Source of the DNA: Vicugna vicugna
Taxonomy: Eukaryota
Length of the DNA stretch: 64,000 nt
Assembly (NCBI GenBank): GCA_013265495.1
Contig: MU058790.1
Coordinates: 62,001-126,000, forward strand
Direction: 5' to 3'
Part shown: positions 63,078-64,000 of the stretch, in pieces
Layout: each line of letters starts with the position of its first letter
Position numbering within the stretch: position 1 is the first letter of the stretch
The notes under the pieces: generated by a model
Told to the model about the DNA's origin: nothing
Databases searched by the model: none
The model's input: the letters and a program-made list of their open reading frames with translations, nothing else
Program-made: the position numbers and the translations under genes

Positions 63078-64000
63078 TGAAGGAGACCCTCTCTGGGGGC
63101 TTTCTACTAGAGGCTTCTCTCCTGGAGTCATTTTGGAATTCGGCTTTTAGCTATTTCTTTTAGAAATCATCACAAAATGAAGAAAGCTATGGTTTCCTTT
63201 GGTTCTTTGTTGACTAACAGTTCAATACAGCTGAACACTTGAATTGATCCAACTCATCTGCCTTTTCTCTACCTACATCCAGGCTGGTGGGGAAGTCCTT
63301 CAGTGAACAGAGGGGACCTCTGAAACTCCGTGGTCTCTATCCACAGTGGGGTTTTCGGAACAGCAGGGAAAACCTCTGGATAGTTCTCTGGTCTCCTCAG
63401 CTCTGGTTCTCTCCCATGGCCGTTACAAACATTCTCCCACTCACCATTCTAACAACTTGATGTTTGGCCTTTTTTTCTTTTTCTTTTTTTCAATTGAAGT
63501 ATAGTCACTTTACAATGTTGTGTCAATTTCTGGTGTACAGTATAATAGTTCAATCATACATATACATACATATATTCATTTTCATATTCTTTTTCATTAT
63601 AGGTTACTAGAAGATATTCATTAACTTGAGATGTCTGTTTTTTCTTTAAGCAGTAATCTTTTGATGTTCGACTACCTGTTTGTTTGTTTTTTTCAAGAAC
63701 TCTTATACATCCTGGCTCCTCCCTTACCTCTTGGGATCAGTCCCCCAGAGCTATCTTAGAGACTGTATCATGAGTTTGATTTCTAAGTACTGCCCCAAAT
63801 AAAACATAACATTTAGGTTGCATTGTTTTCAATTGACAGTTGACCAATCTAAGGACCCCAAGCAGACTTCTCTCCTTCACCTGAACTCCACAAGGAACCT
63901 GAGCCTTGGTACCAGCAGAGGCCTCTCATGCCCACTGGCCTCCTCAGAGAGTCCAGATGAATTTAGGTGAGTCTCTCCTGGTTCTCAGATCTCCTGATTA
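63078..64000 (+). mobile_element. ERV1 (MER34-like) 5' LTR plus leader, running off the window; short L1 3' end inserted at about 63470-63618
   Basis: TATA-like cttatacatc, AATAAA near 63798, LTR end ...ttgaca at 63838, decayed PBS, and leader with a splice-donor-like aggtgagt near 63965. The LTR start is uncertain. Confidence 0.6.

Overview
This is mammalian genomic DNA, not prokaryotic. It holds the 3' half of CYBB (NOX2/gp91phox, exons 8-13, + strand, stop ending at 9640, about 2.4 kb 3'UTR) and the complete convergent DYNLT3 gene (5 coding exons, - strand, 116 aa, CpG-island promoter at about 51.3-52.0 kb). This is the CYBB-DYNLT3 arrangement known from the eutherian X chromosome. Five tRNA-Ala(AGC)-derived SINEs resembling camelid vic-1, and the absence of recognisable ruminant, pig, horse or carnivore SINEs, suggest a camel, alpaca or llama genome (inference). 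The rest is mostly repeats: L1 of several ages, L2, MIR, MaLR/ERVL/ERV1 LTRs, and hAT and Tigger MITEs. Repeat subfamily names are from recall and need RepeatMasker confirmation. Nearly all ORFs in the supplied track are exon read-throughs, L1 remnants or chance GC-rich ORFs. I found no convincing new biological system. The best leads are IRF/PU.1/C-EBP motif clusters downstream of CYBB, a full bipartite CTCF motif between the genes, a 5'-intact but 3'-truncated L1 with an apparent target-site duplication (TSD), a solo LTR just upstream of DYNLT3, and an RNA G-quadruplex in the CYBB 3'UTR.
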